Source of the DNA: a virus
Virus genome (UHGV): UHGV-0142349
DNA: 48,552 bases
Strand: one strand, 5' to 3'
A program made the position numbers and the translations under genes. Below, piece by piece: positions 19,014 through 30,040 of this stretch (position 1 is its first letter; each line of letters begins with the position of its first letter). The notes below the pieces were generated by a model that made no database searches, had not been told where the DNA came from, and saw only the letters and a list, made by a program, of their open reading frames with translations.

Positions 19014-19535
19014 TTGAGCAATCAAATTCCTGAGAGACTTATTAACTTTACAGTATACGGTGAGGGAAACCGTATTATCGGTGTTGCTGACGCAAAGCTG
19101 CCATCAATTGAGATGATGACAGAAACTGTTAGTGGTGCAGGTATCGCTGGAGAGCTTGAGAGCGGAACGCTGGGGCATTTCAAACCAATGACTGTCTCTC
19201 TTAAATGGCGAACTCTGACCTCTGCTGGTACAAAATTATTTCTATCCTCATCGCATCAGGTAGATTTTCGCGGTAGCCAGCAGGTTTATGATGCAGGAAC
19301 AGGAAAATATAAAACGGTTCCTATTCGGGCTTCAATGAAGCTAAACCCTAAAAAACTGGATTTAGGTTCGCTACAGGTGGCAAAGGCTACTGATTCAGAG
19401 AATGAATTTGAAGTTCTCTATATCAAATTATTTATTGATGGAAAAGAAGTCTTGGAAATTGATAAGTTGAACTTTATTTGTATCTTTGATGGTGAAGATA
19501 TATTAAAAAGCGTTCGTGATGATTTAGGTTTATAA
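19014..19535 (+). CDS. tail tube protein
   Basis: 173 aa directly after sheath (P2 FII-like). Confidence 0.75.
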   Translation: MSNQIPERLINFTVYGEGNRIIGVADAKLPSIEMMTETVSGAGIAGELESGTLGHFKPMTVSLKWRTLTSAGTKLFLSSSHQVDFRGSQQVYDAGTGKYKTVPIRASMKLNPKKLDLGSLQVAKATDSENEFEVLYIKLFIDGKEVLEIDKLNFICIFDGEDILKSVRDDLGL

Positions 19536-19544
19536 GGTGACAAA

Positions 19545-19826
19545 ATGGAAACCGTTAAATTAAGTAAAGAATATCGTTTTGAAGACTTTGAGCCGGTGAC
19601 TGAACTCAACCTTGATTTAGACAACCTAAAAGGCAGTGATATTTTAGAGGTATCGGACTTACTGCAATCTCAAGGGCATGTTTCAGTTCAAACATCACTT
19701 GATAATAAAGTCCATGCAGCCTTGGCTGCTCGCTGTATTGGCCGTCCAATAGAGTATCTGAATGGATTGCCAGCGAAAGACTTTGTTAAAGTTTGTCAAA
19801 AGGTACAGAATTTTTTGCTCTCGTAG
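19545..19826 (+). CDS. tail assembly chaperone (short form)
   Basis: 93 aa upstream of tape measure. Confidence 0.55.
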   Translation: METVKLSKEYRFEDFEPVTELNLDLDNLKGSDILEVSDLLQSQGHVSVQTSLDNKVHAALAARCIGRPIEYLNGLPAKDFVKVCQKVQNFLLS

Positions 19827-19975
19827 GTTTTGATGAGCAAAAACCTATTGATAAGCAAATAATGAGGGCCGCGAGTTCTCTATCTCAATCATCTCAATCA
19901 ACACCTATATCCTACTGGCTTTCGCTTCGGTTGAGGCGAATCGTCGCATGGATTGATGTGTTTAATGAGGATTAA
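19545..19975 (+). CDS. tail assembly chaperone long form via -1 programmed frameshift
   Basis: Slippery heptamer T_TTT_TTG at 19811..19817 in zero frame; -1 frame stays open to 19975. Confidence 0.5.
19811..19817 (+). other. putative -1 ribosomal frameshift slippery site (TTTTTTG)
   Basis: X_XXY_YYZ pattern 3 codons before the stop of the short chaperone ORF. Confidence 0.5.
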
Positions 19976-19980
19976 TACTA

Positions 19981-22773
19981 ATGGCCAGCAATAAGAACTT
20001 TAAGCTGGCTTTTGAAATTGGCGGCAAAGTTGCCGCCTCTCTCCCCAAAAGTTTTACTACAGCTAATCAGGCTGTTGCTAAATTAAATGCCGAGCTTGCT
20101 GGATTAACGAAAGAACATGGGGAAATTCAAAAGCTACAATCTGTAAAAGTAAAGGTTGGACAGACTGCCCTCGAATATCATAAAGCTGCCGCTCGCGTTG
20201 AAGAGTTACAGAAGCAAATAAAAAACACGGCCAATCCAACCAGAGCGATGCTTCGTGACTTTGAGAAGGCAAAAACACATTCATCGAATTTACGAGCATC
20301 ACTACGTTCTCAGCGTGAAGAACTGGCCGCTTTAAAGTCTGCCTATCAGGGAGCTGATACATCTGCCAGAGCTTTGGCCTCAAGAGAGAAAGAGCTTAAA
20401 GCCAGCATTGATCGTAATCGTGAGGCTCAGGTCCGTAGCGTTGAGCAGGTTAACCGCTACAGAACGGCTTTGGCTTTAGCCAGAGCAAATGTTCAGCAAG
20501 TGAAAAAACAGCAGGAGGAACTTAACCGGGCATTAGAAAAACAACGTATTGATAAAATTAACAGCTATAAAAATGCGTTGGCTGAAGCACGGAAAAATGT
20601 TCTTGCAGTAAAACGTGCTCAGGAGGAGTTAAACCGCGCGTTGGAAAGGCAGCGTGAATTGAAGCGAGAGCATCTTGGTGAGGCAAAGAGTCAACTTGTA
20701 AGGTCAGGATTACAAACTGGTGCTGTAGCGGCTGGTGCATTTGCTGCTGCTAACAATGCAGCAAATTTCAATCGTGAAAACAAAATGATTGGTCTTACGG
20801 CAGATATGAAGCCGGAAGAAGTTCAGGCGATGGGGCAGGCGATGCTTGTTACCGGAACGGCCACCAACCAGTTTGCATCTGATATTCAGGCCGCTCAGGG
20901 TTTTCTCGTCGCTGCTGGGCAGGATTATAAAGAGGCTCAGGCGAATCTACTAACTATTGGGCGAACAGCTACAGCTACTGGCTCTGATATCCTCGATGTC
21001 TCGAAAGCATCATTTACATTAAGTGACTCATTGAAGATTGATCCATCTCAAATGAAGTCTGCAATGGGGATTCTGGTTCAGGCAGGGAAAGAGGGAAACT
21101 TTGAATTTAAAGATATGGCCAAAAATCTTCCTGTGCTTGGTGCTCAGTTCCAGGCATTAAAAATGGGAGGTAAAGAAGCCGCCGCGACGATGGGGGCAGC
21201 TTTGCAGATAGCTCGCAAAGGTGCTGCAACTTCGGATGAGGCTGCTAATAATATGAACAACTTTTTGGCGAAAATACTTTCCCCTGAAACCCTAAAAAAA
21301 GCAAAGAAAAATTTCGGTGTAGATTTATATAAAATTGTCACAACAGCGCAGAAAAAAGGGAAGAATCCATTCGAAGCTGCAATGCATTCTGTCATGAAAA
21401 TGACTAAGAACGGAGATCAGAAGTTACTTGGTGAGCTATTTGGCGATATGCAGGTTCAGAACTTTGTTCGTCCGATGATTCAAAACTGGAAGGAATACCA
21501 GAGAATCAAAGCAACATCTCTTGGTGCTGGAAGTGCTGTTATTGACCGCGATTTTGCCAACATAACGAAAGACAATGCGGAGCGATTGAAACAATTACGT
21601 ATTCAGGCTAGCAATGCATCATTAAGTTTTGGTCAGGCCTTGCAACCTGCTTTGAATGCCGCGCTTAGTGTTTTGGTTCCGCTGATTACAAAAATTAGTG
21701 AATTTGTAGCTAACAACCCCAATTTTGTGTCTCAGATTGTGATGGCGGCAGGTGCGTTTCTAACCATGAAAAGTGTGGTTATAGCGTGTAGGGTAGCTAT
21801 GCTGGCTTTATCTGTAGCGACAAAGCTAACACCCTTCGGGTGGATTCAGATGGCTATATCTGCGCTGGTTGCCGCAGGAATATTGCTCTATCAGAACTGG
21901 GATAAGATCAGAGATTATGCTGTCAGAGTTTGGCCTTCTGTTAAGGAATATACAGTTAAATCGTTTGAAGCTATAAAAAACTTTATCTTAAACTTTGATC
22001 TCAATGGATGGATTATATCTATGTTTGGTAAAGCATGGGATTATCTTTCCAACATAAACTGGAGTTCGGCAGGAGTAAGAATTTACAGTACATTAATTAG
22101 TGCTTTTAAATGGATGTCTCCGCTTCCGTTCTTAATTAAAGCATTTAAACTTACAACAAATTACCTTTCTGGTATTAACTGGAGCGAAACAGGAAAGAAA
22201 ATCATAGATACACTGGTATCTGTTTTTATGCGTTTTTCACCAGTTGGACTCTTTATAAGAGCATTCCAATCTGTAACGGCTTATTTGTCTGGAATAAACT
22301 GGAGTGAGTCAGGCGCAAAAATAATTGAGACGTTAATCACTGGGATAAAATCAAAAGCAAATGCTTTAATTAATGAAGTGAAAGGCGTTTTTTCTTCTGT
22401 ACGTGAGTATTTACCGTTCTCTGACGCGAAAAAAGGTCCATTCTCACAGCTAACAAAGTCAGGTGGTGCAATAATGACTACTCTGGCATCAGGTGTTAGC
22501 AGGAATAACAGCTTACAGAATGCAATAGCAACCAAGTTCGGGCAATCAAATTTATCACCTCACGGGATATCTGCCGCCGGGACTTCTGGACCTCGCCAGA
22601 ACGTTAATGCTGTGACTGGTGGAATAACCTATTCACCTGTAATCAATCTTCCGGCTGGTTCACCAAAGGAAACTGAGGCGGCAGCTAAAAGAGCATTAGA
22701 TGCGGGATATTCTGATTTTGAGAAGAAATTGAGTGCTCATATGTTCCAACAACGGAGATTAAGTTTTGGATGA
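19981..22773 (+). CDS. tail tape measure protein
   Basis: 930 aa, coiled-coil N-terminal part, hydrophobic mid segments. Confidence 0.85.
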   Translation: MASNKNFKLAFEIGGKVAASLPKSFTTANQAVAKLNAELAGLTKEHGEIQKLQSVKVKVGQTALEYHKAAARVEELQKQIKNTANPTRAMLRDFEKAKTHSSNLRASLRSQREELAALKSAYQGADTSARALASREKELKASIDRNREAQVRSVEQVNRYRTALALARANVQQVKKQQEELNRALEKQRIDKINSYKNALAEARKNVLAVKRAQEELNRALERQRELKREHLGEAKSQLVRSGLQTGAVAAGAFAAANNAANFNRENKMIGLTADMKPEEVQAMGQAMLVTGTATNQFASDIQAAQGFLVAAGQDYKEAQANLLTIGRTATATGSDILDVSKASFTLSDSLKIDPSQMKSAMGILVQAGKEGNFEFKDMAKNLPVLGAQFQALKMGGKEAAATMGAALQIARKGAATSDEAANNMNNFLAKILSPETLKKAKKNFGVDLYKIVTTAQKKGKNPFEAAMHSVMKMTKNGDQKLLGELFGDMQVQNFVRPMIQNWKEYQRIKATSLGAGSAVIDRDFANITKDNAERLKQLRIQASNASLSFGQALQPALNAALSVLVPLITKISEFVANNPNFVSQIVMAAGAFLTMKSVVIACRVAMLALSVATKLTPFGWIQMAISALVAAGILLYQNWDKIRDYAVRVWPSVKEYTVKSFEAIKNFILNFDLNGWIISMFGKAWDYLSNINWSSAGVRIYSTLISAFKWMSPLPFLIKAFKLTTNYLSGINWSETGKKIIDTLVSVFMRFSPVGLFIRAFQSVTAYLSGINWSESGAKIIETLITGIKSKANALINEVKGVFSSVREYLPFSDAKKGPFSQLTKSGGAIMTTLASGVSRNNSLQNAIATKFGQSNLSPHGISAAGTSGPRQNVNAVTGGITYSPVINLPAGSPKETEAAAKRALDAGYSDFEKKLSAHMFQQRRLSFG

Positions 22774-22984
22774 TTATAGAACGGTTCAAGGGGACTCATG
22801 GGATAGTATCGCGTTAAAGTTGTATGGTAATGAGTACCTGTCTTATCTTCTTATTGATGCTAATACTGAGCACCGCTTTACGGTGCTTTTTTCTGCGGGA
22901 ATTATTCTTAAAGTTCCTGATGCTCCGGTTATGCCAATATCAGTAAACAATTTGCCTCCGTGGAGACGCAATAGTGTTACGTAA
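22766..22984 (+). CDS. tail protein X-like (small LysM-like tail protein)
   Basis: 72 aa between tape measure and gpD-like gene as in P2/R-pyocin clusters. Confidence 0.45.
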   Translation: MDDYRTVQGDSWDSIALKLYGNEYLSYLLIDANTEHRFTVLFSAGIILKVPDAPVMPISVNNLPPWRRNSVT

Positions 22985-23975
22985 AACGCTTTTTGATGTT
23001 ATATATCAGAATGTAAATATTACCGCTCATATGTCACCTGATGTTTTGTCAATGTCTTATACAGATAATGAAGATGGTCAGGTCGATGATATTTCTATTA
23101 TATTAAAAAATGATGATGGGAAATGGTCTGGAGACTGGACACCTAAAAAGGGTGATTTTATTGATTTGAGCTTTAAGCCTATAAATCAAATCGTCCTTGA
23201 GTGCGGGAAATTCCAGGTAGATGGCATAACTTGCTCTGGACCACCTTCTGTTGTTGAGGTGACTGCTGTTTCTGTTCCTGTTTCATCAGGCATTAGACGT
23301 GATTTAAAAAGTAATGCATGGGAAAAAACAACTCTTAAAGATATAGCAACCTCTATAGCTAAATTAGCTAACCTTGAACTGTTGTTTCTTATTGATGGTG
23401 ATAGTAATCCATATTATGCGCGTGAAGATCAAATGGAGGAAAGCGATTTAAAATTTCTCCATCGACTATGCCAGGATGAAGGGTTGTCGTTAAAGGTCAC
23501 TGATAGCCAATTAATAATATTTGCTCAAGAGATGTTTGAGCAAAAAGATCCTATCGCTACGCTTACGTTAGGTATTGATGAGATAATCAGATATAGCTTT
23601 AGCACACAATCTACAGATTTGTATAAAAGTTGCACGTGCAAATATCGCGTACCTAAAAAAAGAAAGTCGCTTTCGTATACTTGGGTAGATCCATCCGTAG
23701 AAGAAGGGTCGAATCTTAAGATAAGAAAACTGGTAGCTAATTTAGATGAAGCAAAACGTAAGGCAAAGGCTGCTTTGCGGCTTAAAAATAGATATCAAAA
23801 TACAGGATCTTTAGTATTGGTTGGAGACACCAGATTGGTAGCTGGTGTAACTATAAATCTGGACGGATTCGGTTCATTTTCTGGAAAATATCTTATATCG
23901 AAAGCTGTGCATTCAATTGGGGCTAGTGGTTATACCACCTCGATTGATGTCCGAAGAGTAATTAATGGGTATTAA
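22974..23975 (+). CDS. tail protein D-like (late control D family)
   Basis: 333 aa after tape measure. Confidence 0.55.
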   Translation: MLRKTLFDVIYQNVNITAHMSPDVLSMSYTDNEDGQVDDISIILKNDDGKWSGDWTPKKGDFIDLSFKPINQIVLECGKFQVDGITCSGPPSVVEVTAVSVPVSSGIRRDLKSNAWEKTTLKDIATSIAKLANLELLFLIDGDSNPYYAREDQMEESDLKFLHRLCQDEGLSLKVTDSQLIIFAQEMFEQKDPIATLTLGIDEIIRYSFSTQSTDLYKSCTCKYRVPKKRKSLSYTWVDPSVEEGSNLKIRKLVANLDEAKRKAKAALRLKNRYQNTGSLVLVGDTRLVAGVTINLDGFGSFSGKYLISKAVHSIGASGYTTSIDVRRVINGY

Positions 23976-23977
23976 TT

Positions 23978-24598
23978 ATGAATGATTTAGAAACATTATT
24001 ACGTCAGACTATAAGAGTTGGCGTTGTTTCTGATATTGATGATGGTGATGTTACAGCAAGAGTTACTTTCGATGATCAGGATAACGTCACTTCGGCAAAG
24101 TTATCAGTTATTGTGAAAAATACGGATAAGAATGCTGATTACTGGATGCCAGATATTGGTGAGCAAGTTTTGTGTATCTTTCATCCCGCAGGGCCGCAAC
24201 AAGGTTTTATTCTTGGTAGTTTTTATGATGAAACACAGAAGCCGCCATCTAATACTGTTAATAAACGCGTCATTAGATTTAATAACGGAACTCGTATTGA
24301 GGTAGACAGAGAATCTAATTTACTCCTTGTTGATGCTGTCGGAGATGTAACCGTTAAGGCTACAGGAACCGTAACTATTGATGCTCCAGAAACCATCATT
24401 ACCGGAAATGCTACAGTTGAAGGATTACTAACCTTCAAAGGTGGAATGAAAGGATCTTCTGCTGGAGGTGTTGCAGCTACAATTTCTGGGGATGTTAAGG
24501 TTGTTGGTGGTGATATAGATGTTGATGGGATTAAATCTAAAGGCCACCATCACACGGCTCAGGGGGAATACGCTCCGACAACGGAGGCTCAGGCATGA
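23978..24598 (+). CDS. baseplate spike/assembly protein V-like
   Basis: 206 aa; position ahead of W/J/I homologs. Confidence 0.6.
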   Translation: MNDLETLLRQTIRVGVVSDIDDGDVTARVTFDDQDNVTSAKLSVIVKNTDKNADYWMPDIGEQVLCIFHPAGPQQGFILGSFYDETQKPPSNTVNKRVIRFNNGTRIEVDRESNLLLVDAVGDVTVKATGTVTIDAPETIITGNATVEGLLTFKGGMKGSSAGGVAATISGDVKVVGGDIDVDGIKSKGHHHTAQGEYAPTTEAQA

Positions 24599-25062
24599 TT
24601 GTGGGTATGCTTGGTACAATGCCTTTTGTTGCCTCATCAATAGTGGTGAATACGTTCAACAATTTTAAAAGGACGTCAAAGCGTCGTGTAGCGCGCCATG
24701 ATGTTATTGGGCTTAAACCTGTTCTGGAGGATATAGGTCCAGATCTGGATGAAGTTAGTTTTAATATGCGGTTGGATACAACACTTGGCATTGTTCCATT
24801 GGCTGCGCTTTCATTACTTAGGACAATGCAATCAATTCAGGAAGTAAATCCTGTTGTAATTGGTATTCAGTATTTTGGTAATTTTATAATTACAGATATA
24901 GAGGAATCATGGACTTATTTCGGTCCAACTGGGAATCCACGAGTGATTATCGTCGGCATTAAATTACAGGAAGTCGGACAGACCTCTCTGAAAGAAGCAT
25001 TAGTTGATATTGCTGGCAATATAGAGTCAAAAACTAGAAGTGCGTTAGGTAAATTATTATGA
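24595..25062 (+). CDS. tail protein (gpU-like, tentative)
   Basis: 155 aa; weak resemblance to P2 gpU pattern. Confidence 0.35.
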   Translation: MIVGMLGTMPFVASSIVVNTFNNFKRTSKRRVARHDVIGLKPVLEDIGPDLDEVSFNMRLDTTLGIVPLAALSLLRTMQSIQEVNPVVIGIQYFGNFIITDIEESWTYFGPTGNPRVIIVGIKLQEVGQTSLKEALVDIAGNIESKTRSALGKLL

Positions 25063-25379
25063 ATAATACGTTTACCATATCATCACCTTCTTACTCGATT
25101 GATTGGTCGCCCAAAACAGTTGTAGAAGAAGTATTGCAAAATGTCTCTACTATTATTAATACTCAGATTGGCACTGTACCATATGCCAGAAAATTAGGAG
25201 TTAATTCAAGTCTTGTTGATAGCCCTAGCCCAATTTTTATTGCTACAGCAACACGAGAAATAATTCAAAAAATTAGTGAGTTTGAGCCTAGAGCGATTAT
25301 CCATTCTGTTACTTTTGAAAGAACGGACGTTTCTGATGGTTTTATTAGGCCAAAACTTGTGATAGGAGTTAGAGAATGA
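25059..25379 (+). CDS. baseplate wedge protein (gpW/gp25-like)
   Basis: 106 aa, position before J-like. Confidence 0.6.
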   Translation: MNNTFTISSPSYSIDWSPKTVVEEVLQNVSTIINTQIGTVPYARKLGVNSSLVDSPSPIFIATATREIIQKISEFEPRAIIHSVTFERTDVSDGFIRPKLVIGVRE

Positions 25380-26500
25380 CGTTGCCGCGCGGTGGTTTGC
25401 CAGATATTACTTTCGCAGATTCTAACCCGACTGATATAACAACTCGTTCAATCAGGGCTTTTGAGAGTATAACAGGTGAAACATTAGCACCTGCTGATCC
25501 ACGTAGATTATTCATCTTGTCATTGTGTGAGATTATTATACAGCAAAGAAAAGCTATCGATTTTTCTGCAAAACAAAACCTTCTTACATATGGTGGGGGT
25601 GAATATCTCGACCATATAGGCTATCTGACGGATACGCCTAGGCTGGAAGCTCAATCTGCCTTGACTACATTTGAGTTTAATCTGTCAACAAAATTATCGG
25701 GGATATATACAATACCTGCTGGCACTCAAATTTCAACTGGAAATAGTGTTATTTTCCAAACAGATGTTTTGTTGGAAATACCAGCTGGGAAAACAGTTGG
25801 TATAGTCTCAGGATATGCTGTTATACCTGGCTTATCGGGGAATGGATTTTTACCTGGGCAAATAAACGAGTTGGTGACTCCGTTGCCGTATGTTTCCAGC
25901 GTAAGGAATCTAACAACATCTAATTCTGGTGCTGATACAGAGTCAGATGATAATTATGCTGAAAGAATAAAACTGTCGCCGGAAAAACTGTCTACAGCAG
26001 GGCCGGAGGATTCTTATAAATATTGGACAAGAACAGCCAATCAGAATATAAAAGATGTGAATGTATATACACCATCGCCCGGAACTGTAGAAATCCGTTC
26101 TTTGTTAGAGAACGGGGATATACCTTCTGATGAACTATTAGAGCAGATAAATAGCGTTCTCTCTGCAACTAATATTCGACCATTCACAGATAAAGTTCTT
26201 GTTAAGAAACCAGAGAGCATTGAATACGATATAATAATTAAATACTGGATTAACTCATCGGACAAAAACAGAACAACGTTAATTCAAAGTGAGGTTGAGA
26301 AAGCTCTTGATGAGTATAAACAATGGCAACGTTCGGTTATGGGAAGAGATATAAATCCAGATGAAATTATTCAACGTTTAAAAAATGCCGGGGCTAAAAG
26401 ATTAGAAATATCAAGTCCTGTATTTACTGTAGTTGGAGAGACGCAGGTCGCCAGAGAGAGAAATATAAATTGCCAGTATGCGGGGTTAGAGGATGGCTGA
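25376..26500 (+). CDS. baseplate J-like protein
   Basis: 374 aa between W-like and I-like. Confidence 0.65.
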   Translation: MTLPRGGLPDITFADSNPTDITTRSIRAFESITGETLAPADPRRLFILSLCEIIIQQRKAIDFSAKQNLLTYGGGEYLDHIGYLTDTPRLEAQSALTTFEFNLSTKLSGIYTIPAGTQISTGNSVIFQTDVLLEIPAGKTVGIVSGYAVIPGLSGNGFLPGQINELVTPLPYVSSVRNLTTSNSGADTESDDNYAERIKLSPEKLSTAGPEDSYKYWTRTANQNIKDVNVYTPSPGTVEIRSLLENGDIPSDELLEQINSVLSATNIRPFTDKVLVKKPESIEYDIIIKYWINSSDKNRTTLIQSEVEKALDEYKQWQRSVMGRDINPDEIIQRLKNAGAKRLEISSPVFTVVGETQVARERNINCQYAGLEDG

Positions 26501-27074
26501 TATCTTTAATGTTAGCTTGTTGGATGTTTTACCTCCTAACTTAGCTAGAGATCCCAACGTGATAGCTATGTCGAAAGCTATTGATGATGAACTACAAGCA
26601 ATTAACAATTTAATATATAAGACAGAAATATATAGCGTTGTTGATAACCTGGACTCAGTTGTTCTCGATCATTTAGCTTGGCAATGGAATGCTGATACAT
26701 GGAGGGATAGTTGGCCTGTATCGTTAAAGCGTTCTGTTTTTAAATCAATAATACGAACAAAGCGAATAAAGGGTACAAGGGCAGCGGTTGAAGATGTAGT
26801 AAATAGCTTGGGTGGAGAGGTAAACATAACAGAATGGTTTGAAACATCACCACCTGGCGAACCATATACAGCCTCAATTGTTGCTTCGATTAACTCTTTT
26901 GATGGTGCCGTTCCTTCGAAAGAGATGTTGGAAGATACGTTAAGAAGTATCAAGAGCGCAAAGTCGGCAAGAACATTATTTACATTTTCGCAAGCAGCCA
27001 ATGTTTCTGGTGGTGTCGGTATTGTTGGTGCTTGTCAGCCTGTGTCTTATGTACGATTAATTGGCGAGTGCTAA
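26493..27074 (+). CDS. tail protein I-like (baseplate)
   Basis: 193 aa directly upstream of tail fiber gene. Confidence 0.55.
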   Translation: MADIFNVSLLDVLPPNLARDPNVIAMSKAIDDELQAINNLIYKTEIYSVVDNLDSVVLDHLAWQWNADTWRDSWPVSLKRSVFKSIIRTKRIKGTRAAVEDVVNSLGGEVNITEWFETSPPGEPYTASIVASINSFDGAVPSKEMLEDTLRSIKSAKSARTLFTFSQAANVSGGVGIVGACQPVSYVRLIGEC

Positions 27075-27104
27075 TTCGCAATTTGTTAATTCAAGGAATT
27101 AAGC

Positions 27105-29483
27105 GTGAGTAAATTATTATTTACGATGACTGACGCCGGGCGTCAGGAGCTGGTTAATGCCAACAAAACAGGAACAAATAAAGTTGAGATTGTTTCTGTT
27201 GGTTTAGGTAGTAGATATTATGTCACGTCAACTTCACAAACAAATATAACAAACGAAATAAAACGACTTACCACAATAGGTGGCAAAGTTGTTTCCCCTG
27301 ATACAATTCATGTAACAGCGAAGGATGATAGTAAAGATGAGTATGTTGTCCATACAATAGGATTGTATACGAATAAGGGTACGTTGTTTGCTGTATACTC
27401 ACAAGAACAAGCAATAATAAATAAAGCATCATCTACTATCGCTTTAATATCAAGTGATATAGCAATTAAAACTCTTGATACTAAAAATATTACATTTGGT
27501 GATATTGAGTTTATTAATCCTCCCGCGACCGAAACTGTTGTTGGGGTGGCAAGATTTGCTAATGAACAAGAAATTGATGCAGGTACAGATGATTCCCTTG
27601 CTGTTTCAGCAAAACGGCTTAAGCAAGCCATTGTGAAACATGAGCAATCACGTAATCATCCTGATGCAACTTTAACCTCAAAAGGTTTTGTTCAACTTAG
27701 CAGCGCCACCAATAGCACGTCTGAAACGCTTGCTGCGACGCCTAAGGCTGTTAAGGCAGCATATGACCTGGCTAATGGCAAATACACCGCACAGGACGCT
27801 ACCACAGCGCGAAAAGGGATTGTTCAGCTCAGTAGTGCCACCAACAGCACGTCTGAAACGCTAGCAGCAACACCAAAGGCTGTTAAGGCAGCGTATGATC
27901 TTGCGGCCGGAAAGGCTCCGTCCAATCACACGCATTCGTGGGAGCAGATAACAAATGTGCCTGTAGCTTCACTGACTGTAAGGGGAATAACTCAGCTCAG
28001 TAGTGCCACCAACAGCACGTCTGAAACACTGGCCGCGACATCGAAAGCTGTAAAGGTGGTAATGGATGAAACGAACAAGAAAGCGCCCCTGAACAGTCCG
28101 GCGCTGACCGGAACACCAACAACACCAACTGCGCCAAAAGGTACTAACAATACTCAGATCGCAAGCACGGCTTATGTTATGGCTGCGATCGCTGCCCTCG
28201 TGGACTCGTCGCCTGACGCGCTGAATACGCTGAACGAGCTGGCTGCGGCGTTGGGCAACGACCCGAATTTTGCGACCACCATGACTAACGCGCTTGCGGG
28301 TAAGCAACCGAAAGATGCCACCCTGACGGCGCTGGCCGGGCTTGCTACTACGGCAGACAGGTTTCCGTATTTTACGGGGAATGATGTCGCCAGCCTGGCA
28401 ACTCTGACAAAAGTCGGGCGGGATATTCTTGCGAAATCGACCGTTGCCGCCGTTATCGAATACCTCGGTTTACAGGAAACGGTAAACAAGGCTGGTAACG
28501 CCGTGCAAAAGACAGGCGATACCTTGTCCGGTGGACTTACTTTTGAAAACGACTCAATCCTTGCCTGGATTCGGAATACTGACTGGGCAAAGATTGGATT
28601 TAAAAATGATGCCGACAGCGACACTGATTCATACATGTGGTTTGAAACAGGCGACAACGGCAATGAATATTTCAAATGGAGAAGCAAACAAAGCACCACA
28701 ACAAAAGACCTGATGAATCTTAAATGGGATGCTTTGTATGTTCTTGTCAATGCCATTGTAAATGGCGAAGTCATATCAAAATCAGCAAACGGCCTACGTA
28801 TTGCTTATGGTAATTACGGATTCTTTATTCGTAATGATGGTTCAAATACATACTTCATGTTGACAAACTCCGGTGACAACATGGGGACTTATAACGGATT
28901 AAGGCCATTATGGATTAATAACGCTACTGGCGCTGTTTCGATGGGGCGTGGCCTTAATGTTTCAGGGGAGACACTTTCAGACCGTTTTGCTATTAACAGC
29001 AGTAATGGTATGTGGATTCAGATGCGCGATAACAACGCTATCTTTGGGAAAAATATAGTTAACACTGATAGCGCTCAGGCGTTGCTTCGCCAGAATCACG
29101 CCGACCGAAAGTTCATGATAGGTGGACTGGGGAACAAGCAATTTGGCATCTACATGATTAATAACTCAAGGACAGCCAATGGCACCGATGGTCAGGCGTA
29201 CATGGATAATAACGGGAACTGGCTTTGCGGCTCGCAAGTTATTCCCGGAAACTATGGCAATTTTGACTCCAGATATGTGAAAGATGTTCGACTTGGTTCA
29301 CAGCAATATTATGGAGTGAACAACTGGCAAACATGGAATTTCCAGTGCCCGTCAGGTCATGTATTGTCTGGTATTAATGTTCAGGATACAGGGTCCAACT
29401 CTGCCGATAATATAGCGGGCGTTTATTACAGACCCGTTCAAAAGTATATAAATGGCACCTGGTATAATGTAGCGAGCGTTTAA
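27105..29483 (+). CDS. tail fiber protein (constant N-terminal part plus invertible C-terminal part)
   Basis: 792 aa; three tandem copies of [19 protein letters not shown] motif; crossover repeat at 28462..28490 inside the gene. Confidence 0.8.
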   Translation: MSKLLFTMTDAGRQELVNANKTGTNKVEIVSVGLGSRYYVTSTSQTNITNEIKRLTTIGGKVVSPDTIHVTAKDDSKDEYVVHTIGLYTNKGTLFAVYSQEQAIINKASSTIALISSDIAIKTLDTKNITFGDIEFINPPATETVVGVARFANEQEIDAGTDDSLAVSAKRLKQAIVKHEQSRNHPDATLTSKGFVQLSSATNSTSETLAATPKAVKAAYDLANGKYTAQDATTARKGIVQLSSATNSTSETLAATPKAVKAAYDLAAGKAPSNHTHSWEQITNVPVASLTVRGITQLSSATNSTSETLAATSKAVKVVMDETNKKAPLNSPALTGTPTTPTAPKGTNNTQIASTAYVMAAIAALVDSSPDALNTLNELAAALGNDPNFATTMTNALAGKQPKDATLTALAGLATTADRFPYFTGNDVASLATLTKVGRDILAKSTVAAVIEYLGLQETVNKAGNAVQKTGDTLSGGLTFENDSILAWIRNTDWAKIGFKNDADSDTDSYMWFETGDNGNEYFKWRSKQSTTTKDLMNLKWDALYVLVNAIVNGEVISKSANGLRIAYGNYGFFIRNDGSNTYFMLTNSGDNMGTYNGLRPLWINNATGAVSMGRGLNVSGETLSDRFAINSSNGMWIQMRDNNAIFGKNIVNTDSAQALLRQNHADRKFMIGGLGNKQFGIYMINNSRTANGTDGQAYMDNNGNWLCGSQVIPGNYGNFDSRYVKDVRLGSQQYYGVNNWQTWNFQCPSGHVLSGINVQDTGSNSADNIAGVYYRPVQKYINGTWYNVASV
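27688..28065 (+). repeat. three ~80-bp direct repeats inside tail fiber gene
   Basis: Repeated nucleotide blocks at about 27688-27772, 27820-27900, 27985-28065. Confidence 0.7.
28462..28490. repeat. left inverted repeat (crossover site) of invertible segment
   Basis: ACCTCGGTTTACAGGAAACGGTAAACAAG; reverse complement matches 31505..31533 with 2 mismatches. Confidence 0.75.
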
Positions 29484-29484
29484 T

Positions 29485-30012
29485 ATGATGCACTTAAAGA
29501 ACATAAAAGCGGGTAACGCTAAAACACTGGAACAGTATGAGTTAACAAAGAAACACGGAGTTATCTGGCTTTACTCTGAGGACGGAAAAAACTGGTATGA
29601 GGAAGTGAAAAACTTTCAGTCAGACACAATAAAGATTGTTTACGATGCAAATAATATTATTGTCGCCATCACTAAAGATGCCTCCACGCTTAACCCTGAA
29701 GGTTTTAGCGTCGTTGAGGTTCCAGATATTACAGCCAACCGCCGCGCTGATGATTCAGGAAAGTGGATGTTTAAGGATGGAGCTGTAGTTAAACGGATTT
29801 ATACGGCAGACGAACAGCAACAACAAGCCGAATCACAAAAGGCCGCATTGCTTTCCGAAGCTGAATCAGTCATCCAGCCGCTGGAACGCGCTGTCAGGCT
29901 GAATATGGCAACAGACGAGGAACGCACACGACTGGAAACATGGGAACGCTACAGTGTTCTGGTCAGCCGTGTGGATACGGCAAATCCTGAATGGCCACAA
30001 AAGCCTGAGTAA
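29485..30012 (+). CDS. tail fiber assembly protein (current orientation)
   Basis: 175 aa; paralog of 30041..30574 on opposite strand. Confidence 0.7.
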   Translation: MMHLKNIKAGNAKTLEQYELTKKHGVIWLYSEDGKNWYEEVKNFQSDTIKIVYDANNIIVAITKDASTLNPEGFSVVEVPDITANRRADDSGKWMFKDGAVVKRIYTADEQQQQAESQKAALLSEAESVIQPLERAVRLNMATDEERTRLETWERYSVLVSRVDTANPEWPQKPE

Positions 30013-30018
30013 AAATTA

Positions 30019-30036
30019 AGGCCCGATATCGGGCCT
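30019..30036. terminator. bidirectional hairpin between convergent tail fiber assembly genes
   Basis: aggcccgatatcgggcct perfect palindrome. Confidence 0.45.
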
Positions 30037-30040
30037 TCTC

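Noticed and set aside
27688-28065. Tail fiber repeats as a diversity-generating retroelement target
   Set aside because: The repeats are tandem in-frame protein repeats near the N-terminal half; no reverse transcriptase or template repeat is present in the window.
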